Source: Mytilus trossulus
Taxonomy: Eukaryota
DNA: 64,000 bases
Direction of reading: 5' to 3'
NCBI RefSeq assembly: GCF_036588685.1
Contig: NC_086376.1
Coordinates: forward strand, 64,356,001-64,420,000
A program made the position numbers and the translations under genes. Shown here in pieces: positions 38,698 through 51,791 of the stretch. The notes under the pieces were generated by a model, which worked only from the letters and a program-made list of their open reading frames with translations, had not been told where the DNA came from and searched no databases. Within the stretch, counting starts at the first letter, position 1. Every line of letters starts with the position of its first letter.

Positions 38698-41133
38698 TAA
38701 ATGCGTTTGTGCCAATATTAAACATATTTTCTATCGACTATTGAATGATGTAGTGACAGAATATGCACGTTTATCCCGAAAAAATATACAACTCGGTAAA
38801 ACAGTAAAGATACGTTTTTGAATATAAAAAAAACATATTTCTGAAGAGTCACTAGATATTAAATTCAGTACCATTAAAGCTTAAATATTGAGTGGGTCGT
38901 GTTTATAAACTCATCATAGATACCAGGATTGAAATTTTATATTAACGCCAGATCCACGTCGACTTTTAAAGAATCAGCAGTGACGCTCTAATAAAAAAAA
39001 TATTAAAAAAAGCATAATAAAGTATTAAGCTGGAGAGCATATCAAGGACCAAAAATGCCTTCAAGTTTTGCCAAATACAGCTAAGGTAATCTTTTCCTAA
39101 GGTAGAAAAAGCCTTAGTTTTTTTTAAGATTCCAAAGTTTTGATAACAGTCAATTTCCAATTATGAACCTATGAATGATAACAAAAAGATTTCTAAAATT
39201 TCAACCAACCAGTTTCTCAGAAAAATTACACTGATTATATAACAGTTTGACAAACGATCTTTTTGATCATTGAGAAGCTTAATATTCCCTTAACAACACT
39301 ACTTAATTAAAACGTTTAGCTGGTTTTACAGAGTAATCTCCATATAGTGTTCGGTACCACCTTAAGGAATGACTGTAATATTTTTTCTGTCTATGAAGAA
39401 ATAACATAAAAAATTGGCGCGTAGCGAGTTATTTTACAGTGTGCACCACATATTTTATGTTATTTCGAATACTGTAAATTCTGAAAAATTCTGAACTCGC
39501 ATTTCCTAAAATTGTGTATGAATCAAACAGGATTTTTCTCAAATTCGTAAAAATTAAAATCGCATTTAAGTCTTAAATGACAAAATCGCAATAATAAATG
39601 CACGCGATAATTTCTGAATTTACAGTAAACAGAAAAAAAATTACAGTCATTTCTTATAATTTAATTCTAAATTCCATTTTGAACCGTAGAAAATCATGAA
39701 AAAAATGTTGATTACGTCACACGGTCACATGACTAAATTATGTCTATGGGCTGATAACAAAATAACGTCAGCCAATCAGAAGACGCGTTACATCCTAAAT
39801 TTGATTATTAATAAATAACCATACATAACACAACATAATATGCATATTCTGCAACAGAAAAAAAAGGATTCGCGTATAAGCCTGGTACCTTTGATAACTA
39901 TGTACAAAAGTGTAAATAAATTTCAGCAAAGCCGAAGAAAGCAAATAAGATGAAAATAATAGTCAACCCAGAAACAAATAAACCTGAGTGTCCTCCTTCC
40001 TCTCCCCAAATGATCAATCGGTCGTCCCCTCAATATATCCGTGTGTCATTGTATCCTGGTCGTGAAACTTGTTTAAGCCACAAAATTGTATCAGTTTAAA
40101 CCTGTTGACTCTCAATATCGTTTATTCTAAAGCTATAATATTTAACCCAAAACCTAAACACATTCACTTGTTCATAATTCATTACAGTATAAATAAGCAG
40201 AATACTTAATCTTATTTTTAGGAGGGATGGGGATTTATTTGTGGGACATTTGACACATTTCATAAAATGAGTGTGAATTCGCATTGCTGGTGATCCAGTT
40301 CAAAGTCACTTAAATATACCAAAATATGTGCATAAGAAAAGGGAAATCAATCGACTATTTTTTTTAAACTATCTGCTTGAAAAAAAACTTAAAAAGATAT
40401 AAAGATCCAGTTATAAGGTCACAGATATCTATTGATGTTGAGGTCAAAACGTGGAGGCCATCGATAAAAAAAAAGTGCAATAAAAATGGTGTTCAGATGG
40501 TTAATCAAGACCATTTTCTATCTGATTTCAACTTCGACAGGATATATTGTATAATGTAATAAGAGGAAAATCTTAATTAAATTTGAGGTCAAAGTTACAG
40601 CTCAAGGTCATTAATACCTGAAAATATAATGGGGATGAGCAAAATTGTAAAGTTTCTGAATCATAACCAAAACAATCGTAACTTTAGATAAACACTAGTA
40701 CCTTTTCATTGTTAACCTAATATCAGAACCACGAAATCGAAAACCGTGGTATGTTGGTTCGTTCATCTCGAAGTGTGAACTAATTCTCTTCATGAGGTAG
40801 TAGTATGTAATCAAATAAGATATAATAACAAATCATAATTTGAATTTTCAAATGTTTAAGTGACAAACATATTTTCAAAAATGTCAATACTATTACTGCT
40901 TTTGGTTGAAAAATCTCATTTATTAGATACTTTAAAATTAAAATTTAATAATTAATTATTATTTTTGTTAAGGTAATATATTTTATTCTCTTAAGTGCTA
41001 TATATTATAATTGTTCGATATCCTGTGTCTTTATACATCTTTCATACTGTTCATAGAATAGTGTTATAGATAATATTGTATACGCGAAAATCTAATTGTT
41101 GTCTTTTGATAATAAAACACAACTTATAAAAGG

Positions 41134-44100
41134 ATGATACCAAAGAATTGGATAATAATTGTGAACTTTGTCGTGCCAAGTTTGGGTAAGTTTTTCCATA
41201 TAAAACTTTCATCGATATGAATACGCGAAAAATACAGTACAATCTCATATTTAAAAGAATAGGATAAACTTATTTAAATGTTAACTTCTAATTTTACATG
41301 TCCCAACTAATTCAACTATCAACTCCATCATGTGTTACGTTATACTGACTACAGCGACTTCACGTCAAACAGCTCAAAGTCTGAAAAGACCATGTTGTGT
41401 GCTCGACCAGTGGAGTCTGACTCAAAACTTAATAATCTTGGTAAAGTTTGAATTGGTCTTGACCAGTCTTGACCTTCAAATTGAGTTTATCTGAAATTAT
41501 ATACTGTAAATTCAGAAATTTTTGCGTGTATTTATTTTTTGCGATTTTGTCATTTAAGACTTGAATGCGATTTCAATTTTTACTATTTTGAGAAAAATCC
41601 CCTTTTAAATTATATAAAATATTTCAAAATGCGAGTTTAAATTATTGTGTCTGTCGGTTTTATCGCAATAATAAAAAGATTTTACACAGTAACATTTAGT
41701 CGTAACTCAAACTATACAAACTATTTCCCAATGATAAAAAAAAATGTAGGATGAATGCCTGTCCCAAGTCAGGAGCCTGTAATTCATTGGTTGTCGTTTG
41801 TTTATGGGTTACATATTCAATTTTCATTCATTTATTTTTACATAAATAAGGCCGTAAGTTTTCTCGTTTGAATTATTTTACATTGTCTTATCGGGGCCTT
41901 TTATAGCTGACTATGCGGTATGGGCTTTGCTCATTGTTGAAGGCCGTACGGTGACCTATAGTTGATAATGTTTGTGTCATTTTGGTCTTTTTGTGGGTAG
42001 TTGTCTCATTGTCAATCATACCACATCTTCTTTTTTATATTGTTACTTTATTCATGGTAATACAGTTAAAACTTAAGTATATGTTCAATACCACTTTTAA
42101 AAATTCTGCTGATGGAATCATTATTCCACACTGAATCTCTAAAATATATCATGTATATGTGCGGTTTTTTTTATTGCGATGAGATCAATTTTATCATTTA
42201 TATAAAATTATTTATATACATGAGTTTTGAATCTGATAGTGATTTCTTTCAACACAGCACTTAGAGTGAACATAGCCGTAAACAAGGAAACTACGCAAAG
42301 CTCGACTACAACGGATGCAGCCGGTCGGCCAGCGATATCGTCCCTTGGTAATGATGGTAGCAATGAACAAAACTATAAAGCTCCGGGCGGACCAACTTGC
42401 ACTCACACGCTAGCGGATGAGGAAAACTATTGGTGGGCAATTGATCTTGGACAAAAGTATAACATTAGCACTTTAACAATATACAATAGAAAGGACTGCT
42501 GTGGTGAGTGATGTCTGCATAATAACAGATATCAAAGAAATGTGGTATGATTGTCAATGAAAATTCAAACACTAAAGGGTGTATTATTGTATAATTAATC
42601 TGCCTACTATCAGTATGAATTTTTTTAATCGTATGTATATTCTTTTGCTATACTTTATGTATTTTTTTTTGCTTTGTAAATAGCTCTTCGTCTTTATTTT
42701 AAGCTTTCGATTTTCAAGTATTTTGGACTCGAGCATTTCTGAAGAGACATTGATTGTCGACTTGCACATCTAGTGCAGATAACATGGTACTGTTGATTGC
42801 TACCACTGGTTCGATGCCTCTGCTGGTTGAGTGAGTCCCCGATGGCATATCAAGCTTAGTAGCAAGTACTTCGGTACTGGCATTAAAATACTTATTTTGT
42901 ATTATTGAAATTTCCTGTTACAAATTTTTAGAATTTTTAGAATTTAAGAATGTATCTACCTAAGACAAAGTTCATTTCCATGCTTTGGTTCCATTTTTTT
43001 TTGGTCCTTTTTTATTTAGACTTTTTAACTATGTAATAAGCTTTTAATTTTGTAATGATGTTGGCCTCGGGCATCACTGGAAGGATGATTGATTGGTGAA
43101 TGAATGGTACCGTTTTTGGGCGCATTGCATTTTTATTTGCGCCGAAACATGTTACTTCATTTGCGCCATTTTACAGGTAAAACAGGTAATATATTACAGA
43201 TAAGATAAATTCATTGCTCTATCAAGAATAAGATGTGTATTGTGCCTGGGTTTTCAGTAATTTCATACTGATTTCTAATACAAAACTGAGGTGTCGAATT
43301 TTAAAGTGTTCACATGTTTCAGGTGTTACGATGATGGACATTGTCAATTCAGAGACAAGGCGTTTAACGTTTCCGCGAATTGGCATTACTTTTCCGAAAA
43401 AAAAAGATGACGTTTCCGGAAAAAAATGTTTACGTTTTCGCAAGTAAATATCTTTCATTTCCGAGGAAAGTAACTATTTCGGAAAAAAAAATTGTTACTT
43501 ACTTGTTAGCAAATAATTATGGAATATATGTTAATCGAAAGTAAAGCCATTATGAAAAAAAAATTATTATTAAGTTAAATGTCGTCATTACATGCAAGTA
43601 AAATTCATCATTAAAACATATGTTCAACACAAACTGATATATCTTTCGAGTTCATAAGTTAGTTCTTGCAGAATATTTGTAGCCAAACACGTCGTACAAA
43701 GTCCACAGTAGTACATTCGCTATTTAAGTCCATCTTACATTTCCGAACGAGTGCATTTACAGTTATGGTTCTCATCTTTATGTAAGATGTTGTTTGCAGT
43801 TTCAATAACACATCGACCAAGAAAAAAATGTTAGGATGGCTAGCGTAAAACTGCTCGTTCAGATTGGCGTTAAAAGACTCGGTGTTCTCTTTTCCGCGGG
43901 GCAGGAGGTGATGCCCAAATGGAAACCTCGAATTGCCATCTATATAAAATTCCAATATATAATCGACAAATTTCATGCATTTATCGTCGGATGGAGCATC
44001 GGCTATTAATTCAACAAAGCATTCTTCAATCATGTCAGTTGGCAAGTAAGCCAAACCAAAGAAAATCCGAATCTTTGTTTTTGTAATTTGACTAATCCTT

Positions 44101-47100
44101 ACAAGAGTCAACTAGTTATATCTAGTTTACTGTAGATATAGGGAAATATAAGATCAGACATTTTTTATGAAAAAATTAAAAGAAATAATTTATCTAATAT
44201 ATATTGAAATACTTATAACTCACCAGGTAAATTTCTGGAAAAGTAATAAATACAACTTGCTGAAACGTATACTTTGAATTAGCGGAAACGTAGTACTAGG
44301 AGTTTGAAAAATTAGCGGAAATGCAATACGCCCAAGAGACATACAGAGGAAATGTACTTACAACCACTTTGACGATGCCTCTGTAGATGTTATTATAGTC
44401 ATCGAGGGTATCAACAGCCAAGAAGCCAGTACTTCGGTCTTAGTGTTGAAATACTGATTTTGTGTTATTGAAATTTCCTATTACAAAATTTGGGAAATTA
44501 TTCAAAATTAAGGAATGTATCTCTCTCATGCAAATCTCTGATCTTTTTAAAAAATTTGGATTTTAAAATATTTTGGCCTCGATCATCATTGAAGAGACAT
44601 TGATTGTCGAAATGCGTATCTGGTGCAGAAAAAAAATGTTACCATTTTTGTTATTTAATAAGATAAAGATTAATTCTAATTTTACTTCTGCATTTGAGTT
44701 TCAAACAAGTTATGGTTTTTCATGTTTATTCTAGCATTTATCATTCATAAATAATTCTACACTTCCGCCGCACTTTTGTGGTCCCAAGCGAGATGAATTA
44801 TTAACACACATCAATTTGTTTTATGTTTTTGTTGAATTGTTCGATATTGTGAGTCATAACTAAACAGGCGGAAATCCAGTTGAATTGGAACAAAAGAATC
44901 GAAGCTCTTTGTCAGAGAATGCGATAACTGCTGACTGCAATGTTTACTATAGGAACTCTTTTTTTTAAGTTAAGGAAGCACAATACAAAGATTTTTTAAC
45001 TTCCAATCACTAACCTTTGAAATGCTGTAACTTTCTTATGAATGCATAGAAAATAATAAAAGAGGTACATATGAATAGACAAAAGATTAATCTTTTAAAT
45101 GAATACAATATTTTTATTATGCAATCATTATGTAATCAATAATTATGTAATTAGTGGCAAAATCTGGATAAGTTCACTTGAATGCATTAAGCTCTATCAT
45201 CTCTTTAACTATACAGAAAATTTTAACGAAATCTTAATCAACACACCATGGGCTTCAAATGGGTGTCTCAGATTGTTCCTAAGGTTCTCCATACTCTCAT
45301 TAATCTCTAATTAGTGTAAACATCCTAACCACATAAAATGTTTAATTAGGTGTAAAATTTGATCTATACATTCTATCTGAAATCTGAGACATCATTTTGT
45401 AGATAATGGCCATAGGAACAACATGTAATATAATCAACTCTCTAGGGATACCTATGGAGGAGCTTATTTCATTTGAAAGTGGAAATTTGGTGAAAAATAT
45501 TTTAGACACAGTTAACATTATAATTGGTTACATAATTGTTGCATAAAACTAACATTGCATTAATTTGAAAGAGTTATCTGTTAGCTATCAAAAACTACCA
45601 CTTTTATAAATATTTAAGCATTATTAAGAATTACAGCATTTTAAAACTTGGGAGTGTGAGTTATAAAATATTTGTATTGTGCTACCTTAATAGAAACAAA
45701 TAAAAAGTCTTCTGCTAAATTGCTTAGTAATTTATCATAAAAACACCATTATTATCATATATTAATTTTTATTATATTGATATTTTGGGAGGCAACTGTT
45801 CTGTTATTGAACTTGGGCAATACATGTATATGTAAAATAGACTAACATAAAAACACCATTTGCATAAGTTTTCAATTTATTAATTGGGAGGCCTGGTGGG
45901 TTATTTTCGTTCTTCGTGATCGGCGCATTTTTGCTATCGTGATCCGCTTTTCTAGAAATGTTTCATTCTTTTTTATATTTTCGTGATCCGTGATCATGGA
46001 AATGTATTTTCTGTGACTTGACAAGATACTTATGATACTTAGAAAGAATGCAAAATTTAAGACCACTATAACAATTATTTAAGACCACTTGTCATAGAAC
46101 AGAAAGTTCAGTATTTCAAAATCACTAAAGTGTAGCGGTACGTTGTCATGATAACCGTCTCTTCTTTAATTTGTATTAAACAATAATCAAAGGGAGAAAC
46201 AACATATATTCAAATTCCTTATTATATCTATTGGAAATACTTTTAAACCTTATATCATATCAGAAAATATCATTTTTTTTTCTCGATAAAATAGATAAAT
46301 TCTGTCACTACGAAATATATAACAGCGTTTTAGATAGAAGCTTAATATGTGTTTACACTTATTATTACTAACCCTCTATGAACATACCACCCTCAAATGC
46401 TACAAACACAATGTCGGTTTTCTATTCCGCGAATGAGCAATTGGACTGGGCTATTATGTGGAGCAGGATCTGCTCAACCTTCAAGAGCATCTGAGATCAT
46501 CCCAGTTTTTGGTATGATTCGTGCTGCTTAGTCTTTAGTTTTCTATGTCGTGTATTGTGTTCTATTATTTATCTGTTGGATTTTTTTTTGAATTTTTATG
46601 AATTTGACTGTCCGTCTGGTATCTTTCGCTATAAATTTTTGAACTGCTACTGTAATTACTAAATATCTATCATAAATATTTTACTAAATAAAGTTTGTAA
46701 TTTGGTAGATTTAAGATAAAGATGTGCTACTATGTTTTTAGAGCAAATATTGATATCAAATATGTTCTCCTATTTTTTTAAAACATTATAAGGCACTGTG
46801 TAAAATTTCAGGTAATCGTTTGGCGGATTTCTTTATATTCATCTACAACCCGCAAATCAACACATGGACAAATTTTGACGATGAACAAGGCCAGCTCTGT
46901 TTCTATCATAATGGAGCGGCTCCAGCTGTACTAAGTATTGCCTGCAATAGAATTATCCGTGGCAGATTTGTCAAAATATTTAAGGAGTATAAATATGTCT
47001 ACAACACGGACGCGCTAACTCTGTGTGAAGTTGAAATATTTGCTGATCACACTCCAGATGAAGGTATTGATTAACTCGGTCCATAAATTCCTTTATTTTA

Positions 47101-47797
47101 TGTTGAAGATAGTAAGAATTATCTTTGCTACCTTAATTTCCAACATAAAAAAATATTAGTTCTTACAAAACTAGAGGTTCCAAAAAGGCTGTTGCGCTAA
47201 ACAATACAACCTTTTGGTATAAATCATCATTAAAACACTCTACTGATAATTTCAGTTATGTTGACAAAGTTATAGATCTAATTCAGCAGATTTTTTTGGT
47301 TTTTGAAAGTTTCTGTCTATCATTTGTATGTTCTCAAATAATAGGCAAACATATATTCAAAATAATCCTTATTTAAGGACAACTCTTATATGGAGTTGGC
47401 TGGCAATTTTTGTCATATTGAGTTATAACTCCAGTAAAATGTTGACATAGGTGTAATTGATTTTTTGTCAAATTTAACTTTACTGGATCATATCTATTAT
47501 GTATTTTCATTCACAATATTTTGTGTAATTAACTGCAGGACTTGTATACTGAGAGTATATATTAAATTATTTTATTTTGACATTATCACAGGAAAATTCT
47601 GCAAGCAGAACAACAAACAAGCAGTGTTGAGTCTTCAAAAGAATTTGGAAAATGCAACAATAATACGGTGCGCCCTTTACTGTAGAAACTCTGATAACTG
47701 TCTAGGATTTCAGATGGCGACTGGTGGACAATGTTCTCTGTTTCAAACAAGTATGCACGTTAATGGTATCAGTGATGTGTTTTATGAGCGATGCTGA
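41134..47797 (+). CDS. Secreted F-type lectin (fucolectin domain) with C-terminal PAN/Apple-like domain, copy 1, 251 aa
   Basis: Exons 41134-41185 (signal-like MIPKNWIIIVNFVVPSL), 42258-42503, 46812-47063, 47592-47797, all phase 1, total 756 nt. F-type motifs NIAVNK..QSS, NDG, CTHT, WWAIDLG, RKDCCGNR and LTLCEVEIF. The last exon reads RCALYCRNSDNCLGFQMATGGQCSLF. Confidence 0.92.
42690..44650 (+). repeat. Old, degenerate retrozyme tandem units flanking the MULE remnant
   Basis: GAGCAT..CTGAAGAGACATTGATTGTCGAAATGCG variants of the hammerhead region. Orthologous units lie at about 60880-61320 in the duplicated segment. Confidence 0.6.
43118..44333 (-). mobile_element. Mutator/MULE transposon remnant
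   Basis: TIR GGGCGCATTGCATTT / AAATGCAATACGCCC. ORF 43659-44111 (FFGLAYLP...FVDYILEFYI...ESFNANLNEQFYASHPNIF) resembles the C-terminal part of MULE transposases. Absent from the duplicated copy. Confidence 0.8.
44974..45686. mobile_element. Kolobok-type non-autonomous element with TTAA TSD
   Basis: TTAA|GGAAGCACAATACAAAG ... TTTGTATTGTGCTACC|TTAA. The paralogous empty site has a single TTAA at 63353-63356. Confidence 0.9.
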
Positions 47798-49580
47798 ACA
47801 ATACATCGACCGTTTATGTAGCTAAGTAAAGTATTTTTTCAGGAGGTCCAAGTTCCTAGCGGTTTAACTAATCCGTGAGATTGAATGAAGAAATCCTTTG
47901 CAAGACGTTTATGTTAAAGATGATCATATACTGGTATCTGCATATGCTAGTGATTAGAATTATAACACAATGTTGACTGCTGTACTCCCATTTTTTTACA
48001 GTTTTACCTACCATGTCCGTTTATTTTGTTCACACCCTGTTGTTTAAATAATGAAATATTATGCGCCTCTCATATTAGAGAGAGGTTTGTCTAGCTATAA
48101 ATCCACCAAGTCAGCAATATGACAGCTGTTATCCATTCGCTTGATTTTCACATTTGATTATGGTATTTACGTGTTTTATTTTTCTAAGGAGTTAGGTATT
48201 TTTTGTGATTTTACTATTTATTCTTAAAATCAATTTGTTTTAATGATACTTAAATTAGCGATTTTTTTTTTATTTCAATACTCCTGCCCTTCAGAAACAA
48301 CCGAGAATGTTTGCTATTTTTCAACTTAAAACACGTTTGCTTTTCAAAAACAAAATGGGAAGTATATATATGCATGATTCATGATCTTAAAATGTCCTTT
48401 ACCAAGTCAGGAAAATGGCAATTATTATCTTATAGTTCGTTTTTGTGAGTGTTGTTTTGTCGTTTGATTTTTGTTGCACATTAGTGTTTCTGTTGTTTTC
48501 CTTTTCTAGTTGATGTGTTTTCCTTGGTTTTGGTTTGTAACCCTGATTTGTTTTCTCTCAATCGACTTTAAAACAGCGGTATACTGTGGCCTTTATCTAA
48601 CTGGAAACGTGTAAGTTCAAATGTAAAGCACTATATTAACACGCTTCAACATAAGGTTGAGGTGTGTTCATCATTTTTAAGTTTGAGTCAAAAGATTTAG
48701 TTTGAATTTAATTCCCTTTACAGAAAATTCAATGAAACAATAGAATTTAAACAAAATGATGAAAACAAAGAATGGATTTCATATATTTTTCATTTTTTCT
48801 TTTTGCAAGGAATCTATGAGACGGTACATTACTATGGATTCATTTTTATTCTATGGATAACAATTTTAGTGGGTTTCGTGGGTAGAAGGGAACTACGAAT
48901 TCAAATGTTCAACAAATACCATATTTTCAATAGGCTTTGTATACAGATATTGGCAAAATTACGAAATCAAATATCCACGAAAGTGCAAATTTCCAGCAAT
49001 CCACGAAAATTTATATCAAATAAATCCACAGTATAATAAGCTGAAATATATACAAAATCCAACCACTTATCAGCAAGTGCAATCTTTAAGCTCCTTTATT
49101 TAAAAGTCGATGGAACTGGAAACAGGGGGCAACTTAAGGTCATTTGGTGTGTAATGTTTTGGTTTATTTTCATTTTTTCATGTAAATTTTAATGTCGTAA
49201 TAAGAATATTGTCAGCTGCTTTTGACTATTGAAACTAGTGTTTTTTTGTATTTCATAATTGTTTATTGAACTATGTAATATATTAATTAGTGAGGGATTA
49301 TAATCCTATTGTTTAATTGTAATTCAAAGTTAAAGAGGCTTTACTCTAATATCAACTCGACATGATCTCTAATTGAAATATTACTTAAACATTGAGCTAA
49401 TATACATTCCCATACTTAGAACCTATATTCATTTCAAATATAAACAATTATAAAGCAGCCTTTATTGCAAAACTAGTATCAATCTCGAAGAACAGCATGT
49501 GCACCTCTACAATTCCATTCGGTCTCCTTATTTGTGGCAGAAACTGGTCATTCGAAGGACATTTAAAAGAATGTCATTAA

Positions 49581-50173
49581 GGTAGATTCATGGTATACCG
49601 CCATCTTGGATTGTACAAATACAGTATAAAATCGGTCTAGTTATTTGCCTAATTATGCAAATTTGAAGACAGATTTGTAATTGAATTGTTTGAATGTTTT
49701 TTTCTATATACAGAAAACTTGTAAATTAATTGTATTATACGAAATATTTTAACACATATCAAAGTTTTTGGTTTAAAAATCATTTTTTTTCAAATTAGCC
49801 ATTTAAGGGGAGATAACTTTTAGTACAAAATTTATACTAGGCTTATAGCGATTTTTTTCATTTTTACTTGTAGCAAGAAAACAAGTTCGGTGACACCATG
49901 TTTTCTATTTATTTTCTTAAAACATATTATGAAACCTTTCTTCTCACAATTTATTTCAAAATTCTATCTCATAGAGTTTTTTGTATGCACACTAATGTGT
50001 TTTTTCATGAACAAACTTACCAAGTTTTGGCAATTTTCAACCACTCATAGCTTGAAAAATAGCACGGTGACCCATACTTTTTATTAATTTTTTGAAAAGA
50101 GCATAGTAAAATCTTCGTTTTGGCAAATTATAAAAAAAAATCTGTGTCAAAAAATATACACTTATGATCTACC
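49581..50173. mobile_element. Kolobok-type element (593 bp) with TTAA TSD
   Basis: TTAA|GGTAGATTCATGGTATAC ... TATACACTTATGATCTACC|TTAA. Confidence 0.8.
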
Positions 50174-51229
50174 TTAATCACCCTTAGTTTTGGGTGGGGT
50201 TCGTGTTGTTTATTCTTTAGTTTTCTATGTTGTGTCATGTGTACTATAATTTTTAAGTTTGTATTTTTCATTTTTAGCCATGGCGTTGTCAGTTTGTTTT
50301 AGATTTATGAGTTTGACTGTCCCTTTGGTATCTTTCATCCCTCTTTTAAATATATTATTCTATGAAAAAGTACAATAATAAAAATACCGACCTCCAAGGT
50401 ATTTTTGATGGGATGGGTCAATAAGGTTTTGTCATTATAACCATATATGTGATTTATTGATTTCATTATACATATTTTTCATTGTGTTGCTTCTTCGTCA
50501 TTTTAATAATAAATGACAGTTTTCAATTCTTAAATATTTGTTTTTCATTCTTTCACCCCATCAAACAGAGCAAGCCTGTGTTGACAAAAAACGTCTTGGT
50601 TTATCCTACTTAAGCTATGAAGGATATTTTAAGAGTCTTCAAATTAGCATTCTTATTCGGTTTCAATTGGGCTTAGATTCACACTGGCACGTCAAAATGA
50701 AGCGCCGCATGGGGCGATTATGCTTTTGCCAAGTGACACATTTTTTAAATTAACCAACGAAAAACTGCTCCAAAAGGTAAATCAAATCAAATTCATGGTG
50801 TACCTTTGAAGTTTCATTACATCACATATTTTTGCCTCAAAGCTTTAGAGACTTTTTAAGTACGAACTTTTTTCATTTGCAGTTAAAATATAGAGTGGCA
50901 TCGGCGACATCTGACATCAGAAATGAAGGAGATCTGAAACAATAAATCAATGAATTAATAACCATCATAAGGATATTCCTCTATCCCCCCACAAGTCATT
51001 GGTATGTCCATCTGAAATATTACGATGACTGGTGAATAGTAGACCTCTCTTATGATCTACTGTATTAACAAAGTGTTTATATGAAATGTATTGTTCAAAC
51101 TAATGTTCGTAATCTTGGAGCAATAACGGTTCTTTTCTTTGACGACTGGAATGTCTGATTAGATTGAAGCTGCTTTAGGCGGCAAAGAATTATCTTGTGT
51201 CAAATTTTGGTTGATATCTTTTCTGGGTA

Positions 51230-51791
51230 TTTGTTCACTGGTTCGTATTTCCGAATAAATTTTCTGTTGCGAAGTGTAAAACTACCCGATCCATCAACCC
51301 GTATTACATATCAGTGAACTTGTCCTGTTTTGTCCCATTTCAATTGATTCGCACCAATCTGATTTTGGATTGGAACATGGTCGCCAATGGTCAATGGAGG
51401 TAGTTAATTTGTGTGTTCAGAAAGTTTTTCATGTGTCTATGCCTCAAAGCCTCCTCGCGTTTCGATAAAGTGTCATGCCATGTGTCATGCGGTTTATACC
51501 GAACAGGAAGAATTGGAATGAAATCACGTTTTAGAGGCAGTAAATTCTGGTCCTCCGTCTGAAGATAACTCATCTGGTATTCCGTAAGTAACAAATGTTC
51601 TTCGTAGACAGTCAAGCAGACCTTGTTCACAATTGTGGGCCCTCTCAATGATTGGCCAGTTAAAATATATATCTACGACCACCAGGTAGTTGATGCCTTT
51701 AAAATGGACTAAATCAGCGACAAACATTGGATAGGTAAATCTGGGTACACAGGTGGTGTTGGTAGAGTGGAGCACATGGTTGTGATGGTGC
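51230..51791 (-). mobile_element. Ty3/Gypsy LTR retrotransposon integrase fragment
   Basis: ADLVHFKGINYLVVVDIYFNWP...TFVTYGIPDELSSDGGPEFTA is the integrase core. Downstream RDFIPILPVRYKPHDTWHDTLSKREEALR; frameshifted and deleted. Confidence 0.85.

Noticed and set aside
41330-41495. ATG-initiated frame in lectin intron 1, partly conserved in copy 2
   Set aside because: Copy 2 lacks the ATG and has indels; the similarity is explained by the segmental duplication.
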